This document shows, one piece after another, positions 47,941 through 60,792 of a DNA stretch of 64,000 bases. The translations under genes and the position numbers were made by a program. Numbering within the stretch: the stretch's first letter is position 1; every line of letters starts with the position of its first letter. The DNA is taken from the NCBI RefSeq assembly GCF_009914755.1, contig NC_060930.1, one strand, 5' to 3'. This DNA comes from the human T2T-CHM13v2.0 reference genome, Homo sapiens. The notes beneath the pieces are model-generated. The model made no database searches. It was not told the origin of the DNA and saw only the letters and a list, made by a program, of their open reading frames with translations.

Positions 47941-50284
47941 TTCACTTTTCAGTTCTGTTTGTGAGTGTTATTTTAAAAAGATGCTATAGGATATGCTGCC
48001 CTGCACAGAATAGGTAGATAGGAACCAGGCAAACGGAATGTTATCTGAGGCTCATTCATGTCAGTGTTCACTCCTGCAATGCAGAGTAAAATCTCTAGTA
48101 TATAGTTATAGTTTACAATAACTGGAAGTAGGTTTCCAGGAATAGGACAGGATTGACATGGATTTTTGATGCTGCTATTACTCCTCTACATTTCTAGCAG
48201 AAAAGGGGAAAATTATGTCTGGCTGGGCACTGGAATTGCTTTAACAACCTCATAGTCTTTCTGAGGCTTCATAAATTACAAATAAGCTCTTGATGGTTTG
48301 ATATCCTGACCTTTGGAAATGTTATTTCTTCTATTAAAATATTAAATAAAACAATGTTTTATTTGATCTACATTGGCTACAGCAAAAAGTTTTTATAAAT
48401 ATATATATAAAATAAAACTTTTATCTGAATGTTATACTGTAATTGTTCTACTGACTTAAAATACTCATTAAGGTAATAGTATTATGAGCTCTTTTCTGAG
48501 AAAATTTTATAAGTACAAAAGCCATTAAAATGATTAAAATTTCCTCTTGGTTTCTGCTATTTCTGCAGATGTCTTGGTTCCTAAGAACAACTATACTGTT
48601 GAATCTAGCTAGTAAAAAGTATTAAATGCATCATACACCTGTCTAAATGAAGAAAGTCCTGAAATAATTCTTACGCTTTTCCTCTATTGCTGCTTCTCTT
48701 TTCTTTTACCTTTCCTTCCTTTTAAGAAAAACATAGTACTTTGGAACAAATTGATTTTTTTAGATAGCGCATTGATCATACCCCTAGCCTGGGGTTAGCG
48801 CATAATTTCAAAAACGATAATAACTAAGACAATCATCTAATTTTACTGAAATAAAACTGAAAATGTACACCCGACAAAATCATCCCTGAGACTACATTAG
48901 GTGCATTTGTGCTTGTATTTTATTCTCAATGACACAGTAATCTACTAAAGTTCCTCTCTCAATTTTTCTCTTTGCAATCTGGAAGAACAGATTCACTAGT
49001 GATTGTGCTCATTTATAAAAGCATCCAAAACAAAATTGAACCCCAAGGCTGATATGCTATAAAGATGCTGATCAGATCTGAGCAGAATGGACCATGCTTT
49101 GGGGCTTGCTCAGCTAAAGATGGTTCTAGAAGACTGATGACTTTATATACACAATTACAAACACCACAGCTCTGTCAGATGAATGGAAACTCATGAAATA
49201 TGAGCTGGCCCTTTATTAAGTAAAAAAATGGCATTTTGTAAAATACTTCTTAAGATTCAGTAATTTTTTAAGGTAATTAATTTCCCCCCATTCTTTGGCA
49301 GAAGACATAATCAAACAATCTTACAGGAAAGAACAATCCAATAGTATGTTTATAAAATAGTTATACAAAACAAAGACTAATTGATTTTTTTATGGCTCAA
49401 ACTAATAGGAATGAACCTTGTCAACTTCATGTAATTGTTATCCATAACCAGTGGAAGTCATAATCAATAAGAGATTAGAAATATGTTAATTTTTTCCAGA
49501 GTTCCTCTCCAAAAAGAGGTTGGATGTAAGAAAACAACCTGGAATTTTTTGTGTTTTGTTTTGTTTTCAATAACACAAATAGCTAAATATGTAGTAATAG
49601 TGAGGCAATATATTAAAAATAAGATTGGTCTTCAATTAGAGATTAATGCCCATTTATCAGAGATGGTGTTAGTCCACATGATCAGCGTTGATTAGACTTG
49701 CTGTTGGTCATGTCCTAGCATGTCCCATGAAATTTCAGATTCATATTTTATTATAAGAAGACCTTGAATTTGCATTTCTGCAAATACTTTTTGCCAAGTT
49801 AAAATTTTGTTCACTAAATGAATCAGTAGGAACACCTATGTAAAATTCCTGGATTCTCCAGATTTTATGTCATAATTCTACCAGCAAAACATGATCAAAA
49901 TCTGTTATCATTACTTGGAGTGACCCTACTTATTTTTCCTGCTCTTAGATTCTCTATCGAGAACCTTTATGCTCAGCTCATCCTATGTCCCCAGAGTTCT
50001 CATGGTTTCCCCTGGCTTTCCATTATATATAAGCTAACTCAGAACCCTTATTTAGACAGACATACACATGAGTAATAAGAAAATGAAGTTAAAATCATCC
50101 AAGTCCTTCAAACACTGAGTTTAACAAATGCTGGTAGTCTCAGAGAATAATTCAAATTAAGGCAAAAGAAATTAAATACATCCTAGTATTTGGCAGCAGA
50201 CTGTTTTCTGCGGAGATGTTAACTTGTTTCATAGATGTGCAAATTTAATTTGAATTAAAGTATCAGAATGAGGATACCTGAGAC

Positions 50285-50900
50285 AGACTGGCCTCTGGTA
50301 TTTTGAAGACCCAAGGCAGGAGTGTACCAATGGACATCCATATACCCTATGCATAAATACTTAAAAGAAATAAATCAAACTAACAAATTCTCAAATACAG
50401 TTGGCCCTTCATATCTTTAGGTTCCATCACATCGTGAATTCAACCAACTGCGGATGGAAAATATTTGGAAGAAAAAAAGGATGGTTATATCTGTACTGAG
50501 CCTGTACAGAGTTTTTTTTTCGTGTCATGACTCCTTAAACAATACAGTATAACTATTTATGCAGCATTCACATTGTATTAGGTATTGTAAGTAATCTAGA
50601 GATTATTTAAATATATGGGAGGATATGTGCAGGTTATGTGCAAATTCTACATTTTTTATCAGGGACTTGAGCACTTACAGATTTTGGTATCTACAGGGGC
50701 TCCTGAAACTCATCCCAAATGGATACCAAGAGACTACTTACTGCATGCTCTACCCTCCTACCTTGGCAAATATAAGTTATAACAACATGGATGGCCACAT
50801 TTTAATTTGAGCGCTAGAGCTTCCAGGAACTCAGTACTGTGCTGTGATGCCCAGAAGGGCTAGATACCAGCCTCTGCCTCTGCCACCGTCTCCTCTCCCT
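50285..50900. mobile_element. MER96B-like hAT fossil interrupted by MER2
   Basis: aaatacttaaaagaaataaatcaaactaacaaa | ctaccctcctaccttggcaaatata matches my recollection of MER96B across the MER2 insertion. Confidence 0.5.
50398..50738. mobile_element. MER2 (Tigger-family MITE)
   Basis: TA|cagttggccct start; internal cattgtattaggtattgtaagtaatctagagat; TA at the distal end. Confidence 0.88.
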
Positions 50901-51275
50901 CCCCTTAGTGCACTACAAGATGCAGATGCTGTATCAAGATGTAGCCGGCATCCCCCTCCTTCCTGGTTGCATACAGTTTCAAGCATTTTTTCAGTACTTT
51001 TCAGGAATGGGGGAATTTATCATAAATCTGTAGTTCAGATTAAGAAGTTGGTAGGGATAATAATTGCTTCCCTCCCCCTAAAAGGTCCATATCCCGGTCC
51101 CTGGAATCTGCAACTCTGTTACATCACATGGTAAAGAGGAAATGAGGTCCTATATGGAATTAAGATTGCTAATCAGCTGATCAGATGTGATCACAGAGTT
51201 CTTAACAGTGAAAGGGGAGGCAGAGCAGGTCAGAGTGAAGTGACCTGAGAAGGCCTCAACCTGCCCTTTGAGGAT

Positions 51276-51790
51276 CAGGGTTCCCCAGGCTCCAGTACTG
51301 TTCCATGGCCTGTTAGGAACTGCACCACACAGTGGGCGTGAGCAGTGGGTGAGTGAACAAAGCTTCATCTGTATTTATAGCAGCTCCCCATCATTCATTA
51401 TTGCCTGAGCTCTGCCCCCTGTCAGATCAGTAATGGCATTAGATTCTTACAGGAGCATGAAGCCTATTGTGAACTGTGGATGCAAGGGATCTAGGCTGTG
51501 TGCTTATTATGAGAATCTAATGCCTGATGAGCTGTCACTGTCTCTCATCACCCCCAGATGGGACTGTCTAGTTGCAGGAAAACAAGCTCAGGGCTCCCAC
51601 TGATTCTACATTATGATGAGTTGTGTAATTATTTTATTATATGTTACAATGTAATAATAATAGACATAAAGTCCACAATAAATATAATGCACTTGAATAA
51701 TCCGAAAACCATCCCCACCCTGCCTTCGTTTGTGAAAAAAAATGTCTTCTACAAAACCGGTCGCTAGTGCAGAAAGGTTGAGGATCACTG
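51276..51790 (+). mobile_element. MER1A (hAT-Charlie MITE)
   Basis: CAG...CTG termini; 8-bp TSD ttgaggat (51268-51275) / ttgaagat (51791-51798); internal gcaggaaaacaagctcagggctcccactgattctacattatg. Confidence 0.9.
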
Positions 51791-51914
51791 TTGAAGATGG
51801 AGGAAGGTGGCCACCAGCCCAGGAATGTGGCAGTCTCCAAAATCTGCAAAAGGCAAGAAATAGGTTCTTCCCTACACCTTCTAGAAGGGAATGCCAGCCC
51901 TACCAGCACATTGA

Positions 51915-54900
51915 TTTTTTTTTATTATTATTATACTTTAAGTTCTGGGATACATGTGCAGAATGTGCAGATTTGTTACGTAAGTATACACGTGCCATGA
52001 TGGTTTGCTGCACCCATCAACCCGTCATCTACATTCAGTATTTCTCCTAATGCTATCCCTCCCCTAGCACCCCAGCCCCTGACAGGCCCTGGTGTGTGAT
52101 ATTCCCCTCCCTGTGTTCATGTGTTCTCATTGTTCATCTGTCACTTATGAGTGAGAACATGTGGTGTTGGGTTTTCTGTTCCTGTGTTAGTTTGCGGAGA
52201 ATGATGGTTTCCAGCTTCATCCATGTCCATGCAAAGGACATGAACTTATCTTTTTTAATGGCTGCATAGTATTCCATGGTGTATGCGCCACATTTTCTTT
52301 ATTCAGTCTATCATTGATGTGCATTTGGGTTGGTTCCAAGTCTTTGCAATTGTGAATAGTGCTGCAGTAAACATACATGTGCATGTGTCTTTATAGTAGA
52401 ATGATTTATAATCCTTTGGATATATACCCAGTAATGTTATTGCTGGGTCAAATGGTATTTCTGGTTCTAGATCATTGAGGAATCGCCACACTGACTTCCA
52501 CAATGGTTGAACTAATTTACACTCCCATCAACAGTGTAAAAGTGTTCCTATTTCTCCACATTCTCTCTAGCATCTGTGGTTTCCTGACTTTTTAATGATC
52601 ACCATTCTAAATGGTGTGAGATGGTATCTCATTATTGTTTTGATTTGCATTTCTGTAATGACCAGCGATGATGAGCTTTTTTCATATGTTTGTGGGCTGC
52701 ATAAATGTCTTCTTTTGGGAAATGTCTGTTCATATGCTTTGACAACTTTTTGACGGAGTTGTTTGATTTTTTCTTGTAAATTTGTTTAAGTTCGTTGTAG
52801 ATTCTGGATATTAGCCCTTTGTCAGATGGATAGACTGCAAAATTTTCTCCCATTCTATAGGTTGCCTGTTCACTCTGATGCTAGTTTCTTTTGCTGTGCA
52901 GAAGCTCTTTAGTTTAATTAGATCCCATTTGTCAATTTTGGCTTTTGTTGCCATTGCTTTTGGTGTTTTAGTCATGAAGTCTTTGCCCGTGCCTATGTCC
53001 TGAATGGTATTACCTAGGTTTTCTTTTAGGGTTTTTATGGTTTTAGGTCTTATGTTTAAGTGTTTAATCCATCTTGTATAAGGTGTAAAAAAGGGGTCCA
53101 GTTTCAGTTTTCTGCATATGGCTAGCCAGTTTTTCCAAAACCATTTATTGAATAGGGAACCCTTTCCCCATTGCTTGTTTTTGTCAGGTTTGTCAAAGAT
53201 CAGATGGTTGTAGATGTGTGGCATTTGTTCTATGGCCTCTTTTCTCTTCCATTGGTCTATATATCTGTTTTGTTACCAGTCCCATGCTGTTTTGGTTACT
53301 GTAGCCTTGTAGTAGAGTTTGAAGTCAGATAGCTTGATGCCTCCAGCTTTGTTCTTTTTGCTTAGGATTGTCTTGGCTATATGGGCTGTTTTTTGGTTCC
53401 ATATGAAATTTAAAGTAGTTTTTTCTAATACTGTGAAGAAAGTCATTGGTAGCTTGATGGGGATAGCATTGAATCTATAAACTACTTTGGGCAGTATGGA
53501 TATTTTCACGATATTGATTCTTCCTATCTATGAGCAGGGAATGTTTTTCCATTTGTTTGTGTCCTCTCTTATTTCCTTGAGCAGTGGTTTATAGTTCTCC
53601 TCGAAGAGGTCCTTCACATCCCTTGTAAGTTGTATTCCTAGGTATTTTATTCTATTTATAGCAACTGTGAATGGGAGTTCACTCATGATTTGGCTGTTTG
53701 TCTATTATTGGTGTATAAGAATGCTTGTGATTTTTGCACATTGATTTTGTATCCTGAGACTTTGCTGAAGTTGCTTATCAGCTTAAGAAGATTTTGGGCT
53801 GAGACGATGGGGTTTTCTAAATATACAATCCTGTCATCTGCAAACAGAGACAATTTGACTTCCTCTCTTCCTACTTGAATGTCCTTTCTTTCTTTCTCTT
53901 GCCTGATCGCCATGGCCAGAACTTCCAATACTATGTCGACTAGGAGTGGTGAGAAAGGGCATCCTTTTCTTGTGCTGCTTTTCAAAGGGAATGCTTCCAG
54001 CTTTTGCCCATGCAGTGTGATATTGGCTGTGGGTTTGTCATAAATAATTCTTATTATTTTCAGTTACATTCCATCAATACCTAGTTTATTGAGAGTTTTT
54101 AGCATGAAGGGGTGCTGAATTTTATTGAAGGCCTTTTCTGCATCTATTGAGATAATCATGTGGTTTTTGTCATTAGTTTTGTTTATGTGGTAGATTATGT
54201 TTATTGATTTGTGTATGCTGAACAAGCCTTGCATCCCAGGGATGAAGCTGACTTGATCATGGTGAATAAGCTTTTTGATGTGCTGCTGGATTTGGTTTGC
54301 CAGTATTTTATAGAGGATTTTCACGTCGATGTTCATCAGGGATATTGGCCTGAAATTTTCTTTTTTTGTTGTGTCTCCGCCAGGTTTTGGTATCAGGATG
54401 ATGATTGCCTCATAAAATGAGTTAGGGAGGAGTCCCTCTTTTTCTATTGTTTAGAATAGTTTCAGAAGGAATGGTACCAGCTCCTCTTTATACCTCTGGT
54501 AGAATTCGGCTGTGAATTTGTCTGCTTCTGGGCTTTTTTGGTTGCTAGGCTATTAATTACGGCCTCAATTTCAGAACTTGTTATTGGTCAATTCAGGGAT
54601 TCGACTTCTTCCTGGTGTAGTCTTGGGAGGGTGTATGTGTCCAGGAATTCATCCATTTCTTCTAGATTTTCTAGTTTATTTGCATAGAGGTGTTTATAGT
54701 ATTTTCTGATGGTAGTTTGTATTTCTATGGGATCAGTGGTGATATCCCCTTTTTCATTTTGTATTGTGTCTGATTCATCTCTCTTTTCTTCTTTATTAGT
54801 CTGGCTAGTGTTCTATCTATTTTGTTAATCTTTTCAAAAAAGCAACTTCTGGATTCATTGATGTTTTGAAGGGATTTTCATGTCTCTATCTCCTTCAGTT

Positions 54901-57587
54901 CTGCTCTGATCTTAGTTATTTCTTGTCTTCCGCTAGCCTTTGAAGTTTTTTGCTCTTGCTTCTCTAGTTCTTTTAATTGTGATATTAGGGTGTCAATTTC
55001 AGATCTTTCCCACTTTCTCCTGTGGGTGTTTAGTGCTATAAGTTTCCCTGTAAACACTGCTTTAGCTGTGTCCCAGAGATTCTGGTAAGTTGTGTCTTTG
55101 TCCTCATTGGTTTCAAAGAACTTCCTTATTTCTGCCTTAATTTTGTTATTTACCCAGTAGCCATTCAGGAGCAGGTTGTTCAGTTTCCATTCAGGAGCAG
55201 GTTGTTCAGTGGTTGTGTGGTTTTGAGTGAGTTTCTTAATCCGAAGTTCTAATTTGATTGCACTGTGATCTAAGAGACTGTTTGTTATTATTTCCATTCT
55301 TTTGCATTTGCTGAGGAGTGTTTTACTTCCAATTATGTTGTCGATGTTAGAATAAGTCTGATGTGGTACTGAAAAGAATGTATATTCTGTTGATTTGGAG
55401 AGTTCTGTATATGTCTATTAGGTCCACTTGGTCCAGAGCTGAGTTCAAGTCCTGAATATCCTTGTTAATTTTCTGTCTCATTGATCTGTCTAATATTGAC
55501 AGTGGGGTGTTAAAATCTCCCACTATAATTGTGTGGGAGTCAAAGTCTCTTTGTAGGTCTCTAAGAACTTGCTTTGTGAATCTGAGTGCTCCTGTACTGG
55601 GTGCATATATAGTTACAATAGTCAGCTCTTCTTGTTGCATTGATCCCTTTACCATTATGTAATGCCCTTCTTTGTCTTTTTTGATCTTTGCTGGTTTGAA
55701 GTCTGTTTTATCAGAGACTAGGATTGCAACCTCTGCTTTTTTAAAAATTTGTTTGCTTTCCATTTGCTTAGTAAATATTCCTCCACTCCTTTATTTTGAA
55801 CCTATGTGTGTCTTTGTACGTGACATGGGTCTCCTGAATACAGCACACCAATGGGTCTTGACTCTTTCTCCAGTTTGCCAGTGTGTCTTTCAATTGGGGC
55901 ATTTAGCCCATTTACATTTAAGGTTAATACTGTTATGTGTGAATTTGATCCTATCATTATGATGTTAGCTGGTTATTTTGCCTGTTAGTTGATGCAGTTT
56001 CTTCAGCGTGTCGATGGTCTTTACAATTTGGCATTTTCACAGTGGCTGGTAGCAGTTTTTCCTTTCCATGCTTAGTGCTTCCTTCAGCAGCTCTTGTAAG
56101 GCAGGCCTGGTTGTGACAAAAGCTCTCAGCATTTGCTTGTCTGTTAAAGGTTTTATTTCTCCTTCACTCATGAAGCTTAGTTGGGCTGGATATGAAATTC
56201 TGGGTTGAAAATTCTTTTCTTTAAGAATGTTGAATATGGGCCCCCACTCTCTTCTGGCTTGTAAGGTTTCTGCAGAGATATCCGCTGTTAGTCTGATGGG
56301 TTTCCCTTTGTGGATATCCGCTGTTTGTCTGATGGGGTTTTTGTGTGGATAGCCTTTTTGTTAATGTTGATGCTATTCCTTTCTGTTTGTTAGTCTTCCT
56401 TCCAATATTCAGGTCCCTCTGTTGCAGGTCTGCTGGAGTTTGATGGAGGTCCACTCCAGACCCTGTTTACCTGGGTATCACCAGCAGAGACTGCAGAACA
56501 GCAAAGATTGCTGCCTGTTTCTTCTTCTGAAAACTTTGCCCTGGGGGGCACCTGCCAGATGCTAGCCAGAGCTCTCCTTGCTAGGAGGTGTCTCCCAGTC
56601 AGGAGGCACAAGGATCAGGGACCCACTTAAGGAGGCAGTCTGTCCCTTAGCAGAGCTTGAGTGCTGTGCTAGGAGATCCGCTACTGTCTTCAGAGCCAGC
56701 AGGCAGGAACGTTTAAATCTGCTGAAGCTGTGCCCACAGCTGTCCCTTCCCCCAGGTCCTCTGTCTCAGGGAGATGGAAGTTTCATCTATAAGCCCCTGA
56801 CTGGGGCTGCTGCCTTTCTTTTAGAGATTCCCTGCCCAAAGAGGAGGAATCTAGAGAGGCAGTCTGGCTACAGTGGCTCTGTGGAGCTGCGGTGGGCTCC
56901 ACCCAGTCTGAACTTCCTGGCAGCTTTGTTTACACTGCAAGGGAAAAACCGCCTACTGAAGCCTCAGTAATGGTGGACACCCCTCCTCCCACCAAGCTTG
57001 AGCGTCCCAGGTCTACTTCAGACTGCTGTGCTGGCAGCGAGAATTTTAAGCCAGTGGATCTTAGGTTGCTGGGCTCTGTTGGGGTGGGATCCGCTGAGCT
57101 AGACCACATGGCTCCCTGGCTTCAGCCCCCTTTCTAGGGGAGTGAACGGTTCTGTCTCACTGGTGTTCCAGGCGGCACTGGAGTATGAAAAAAACTCCTG
57201 AAGCTAGCTCGGTTTCTGCCCAAATAGCCGCCCAGTTTTGTGCTTGAAATCCAGGGCCCTGGTGGTATAGGCACCCGAGGGAATCTCCTGGTCTTCAGGT
57301 TGTGAAGACTGTGGGAAAAGCATAGTATCTGGGCTAGATAGCAGTCCTTCATGGATTCCCTTGGCTAGGGGAGGGAGTTCCCCGGCACCTTGCATTTCCT
57401 GGGTGAGGCAATACCCCACCCTGCTTCGGCTAACCCTCCGTGGGCTGCACACACTGTCTAACCAGTCCCAGTGAGATGAACCAGGTACCTCAGTTGGAAA
57501 TGCAGACATCACCCACCTTCTGGATTGATCTCGCTGGGAGCTGCAGACCGGAGCTCTTCTTATTTGGCCATCTTGCCAGCCACCACC
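51915..57587 (-). mobile_element. Originally full-length L1PA7-like LINE-1 with an internal ORF1 deletion; non-functional
   Basis: 17-bp TSD ccagcacattgattttt at 51903-51919 and 57588-57604; 5' end with YY1-type caagatggcc on the minus strand; fragmented EN/RT ORFs (LFADD in 53683-53985). Confidence 0.96.
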
Positions 57588-59024
57588 CCAGCACATTGAT
57601 TTTTAGCTCAGTGGAACTCATGTCAGATTTCTGACTTCTAGCACTCTTAGGTTGTAAGATGCCAGTTTATGGTAATTTGTTACATTAGCAATAGAAAACT
57701 AATACCAAGGATAAATATGTGTGATGCTTTGGAAAGCTTAAAATGTTACTGAAATCTCTGTAATGGGTAGCATGTTTTGGGTCCTTGATTAATATTTATT
57801 AAATATAGATGAATTCACAATTAGGATAAAAAGTGTTGTCAGCTGCTAGGTGGGAAATTACGTTACAATGTACTTATACATTATGATGTAGCTGGTGGAC
57901 ATATTATGTTATTTTTTGCATTGTTGCTCCATAATGAATTTTAGCTTGAATTTGGACCCCAATGGAGTTTTTGAAGTATTTTCAGAAAGATTACTCTATG
58001 ATTCAGCTGCAGCATCATAGGGTATTAAAAAATACTATATGCAGAAACTTACGAAAGTAATATAATTGCCAAACCTTTTAGAACAGTTTGTGGAACTTTC
58101 TAGAAGTTGTGACATAGTCAAATGAATACTATTTTTCAGCTGCTTAACACTATCTGTCCAAAGCATCTAGTTTACTTTCAAGAGAAGCTTATCTAAATGC
58201 TAATGGGTAACTCAATTAAGAAAGAAATGATGAGTATAACCAAATAGTTAATGCAGAAGAATCTCCGTAGTCCTCAAAAGGCCTCAAATACATACTGTCA
58301 ATCATAAAGGTAAAAAAGTTGTCAAAGTTTTGAGCGTGGGTGATAAAAAATATCATTTCCATAATGCTCAGCATACATTCGAGTATCCAGAATGAACTCA
58401 GAAGCATTTTCTTTTTCTTTCTTTTATTTTTTTTTTAATAAGAAAAAGATGTGTCTCAAACTTCAATCATAATTGAAGGTGAAAGGTATGTGGAATTTGT
58501 GATGACTATATTCCATAGTTTATTAATTAGAAGATAGATATATTTAAAATGCTGATTGTTCCTCCTGAAAAGTTATTATTATATTTTATATATCTAGGGG
58601 TGTGTGTTTTCATATATATTCAATTATATTGGGAATTATGGCATTAAAATAGGGAAAAATACAAAATATCCACACAACTTCCAATTTCTGCTTGACCTGG
58701 TATATACTGAAGTTATAAAAATAGCACAATATATAGTGAACAAAATAGTAATAAAAATGTAAAGCAGAGAAACCTAGTAGATATCAGAATCTAAATCCCT
58801 TAAAGATGTTATCCTTAAAATCAGCGTGAAAATCAGAGAATTCATATTATAATAAACTATCAAAGGCATTTATTAAACTGAATTTTCCTCACACCAGGTG
58901 GCTTTCCCTTCCCCTCCTCCCATTTTTTTCTTCCCTTTTTAAAAAATCAAGTCTAAGGAAACCTATAGTGAAGTTCTTTAATAGCAAAGTATAATGGGGC
59001 CTCCTACACCAAGGTATGGAGAGG

Positions 59025-59090
59025 GCTGTCTAGTCTATTTTTAAAAGTCTCCAGGGAAGGAGCTTCTACAACTTCCTTGTGAATCTCTGA
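59025..59090. mobile_element. Possible L3/CR1 fragment
   Basis: tctccagggaaggagcttctacaacttcct resembles an L3 motif. Confidence 0.35.
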
Positions 59091-60376
59091 CTTCGTACCT
59101 GGCAATCTTCCCCTCCCAGGGTCCCCAGGCTGGTCTTCCTCTCTTGCTTAAGAATTTATTATAGATCAAATTATTTTAGGGTTCTGAATATATTGTTATA
59201 TTTAAACGATACTTTCCCCCAAAGGGGCTCAATTAAAAGAGCGCAGGATGTCTGTGTGGCTGAGTGCTATCCTTAAAGAAAGGTGTTCAATTAATATAAA
59301 TGGGTGAGATTCAGGCCATAAACAGAAACCCTAATGTTTTAGAAACAACTGCAATCTGAAGTATGTCTTCTCCCTCCTGATTTTTTCTGGAGTTACACAC
59401 TTTTGAAGACAGATGACCCCAGCCTAAGTCCTTGGGCTAGACTCTTGACCACACTGTCTATTTCTTCATCAGAGGGTGATGATCATGCTTATCTACCTCC
59501 ATTTTTAAGTGAGGATTAATTAATATTTGTGTGGTATTTTCAAAGATGTTAAACCGTATTTAGATGCTCTAAGGGCTGATGTTATTTCTCAAGGTGTTTT
59601 TTCTTTTATTTTATATAAAAAATTACACAAGTTCTGTTCTTGCCATATAATTATGTGTTGGCATTTGCAAGGAAAAAGAAATTCTTTTCAACATTTTTGA
59701 TGTTTCTTTTAATGTTATCTACTACCTTTATATTGGCATTTTATCTCAGGAAAAAAGGCACCACAATATAACTAGAAAATTTTTTAATGTTTACATTTGT
59801 ATTTAATATTACCCATGAGCTTCTAATTAAAACATTAACATGATTATCTAATGTAAACCATCAAAGTATTATATACTTATGTTAACTATTTTATTGTTTA
59901 TTTATTTGAGTTTTGGGGAAGGAAATATACTCTCTTTTTCTTTATGTTCACTTATAATTCAGCTATAAAAGTTTTTATATCTAAGAAATATTTAGATTCT
60001 AATTTTTGCATTACAACTTCTGTTAGGATGAGCATAAAAACAGATTTTAGATTGATTACACTCATCAAAGTTTCTCTTGGTTCCTGTTAAGGATAACTGG
60101 AAAGTCATCTTTATGATAAGCAATTATTTTTATCTGCTGATACATTGGTAATAAAGTAGTAGGTTACTTTTAAATATTTGAGGTCAATTTGTTTTCATGG
60201 TTATCATTTATTCAAGGAAGGCATTTAGAAGCCTGTTTGTCTACACAAATTATTGAATATATTACTGGAGCTCCATGGAGAATGGCAGGTTTTTGCCATT
60301 GCGTGGTTTGTCTTTCATCTTTGGATGCTCTGTTACCACTGTTCCATTCCAGGAACAGAGTGAATACACTCACAGC

Positions 60377-60792
<416 letters not shown>

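Larger units (their letters stand above)
51048..57706 (+). mobile_element. MLT1D/E-like LTR split into three pieces (51048-51275, 51791-51919, 57588-57706)
   Basis: ttgaagatggaggaagg...aaaaggcaagaaa...; terminal ggtaatttgttacattagcaatagaaaactaatac. Confidence 0.8.

Noticed and set aside
56578-57634. GC-richer region with several ORFs, suggesting a promoter or gene
   Set aside because: This is the L1PA7 5' UTR; likewise 39600-40570 is the L1PB 5' UTR.
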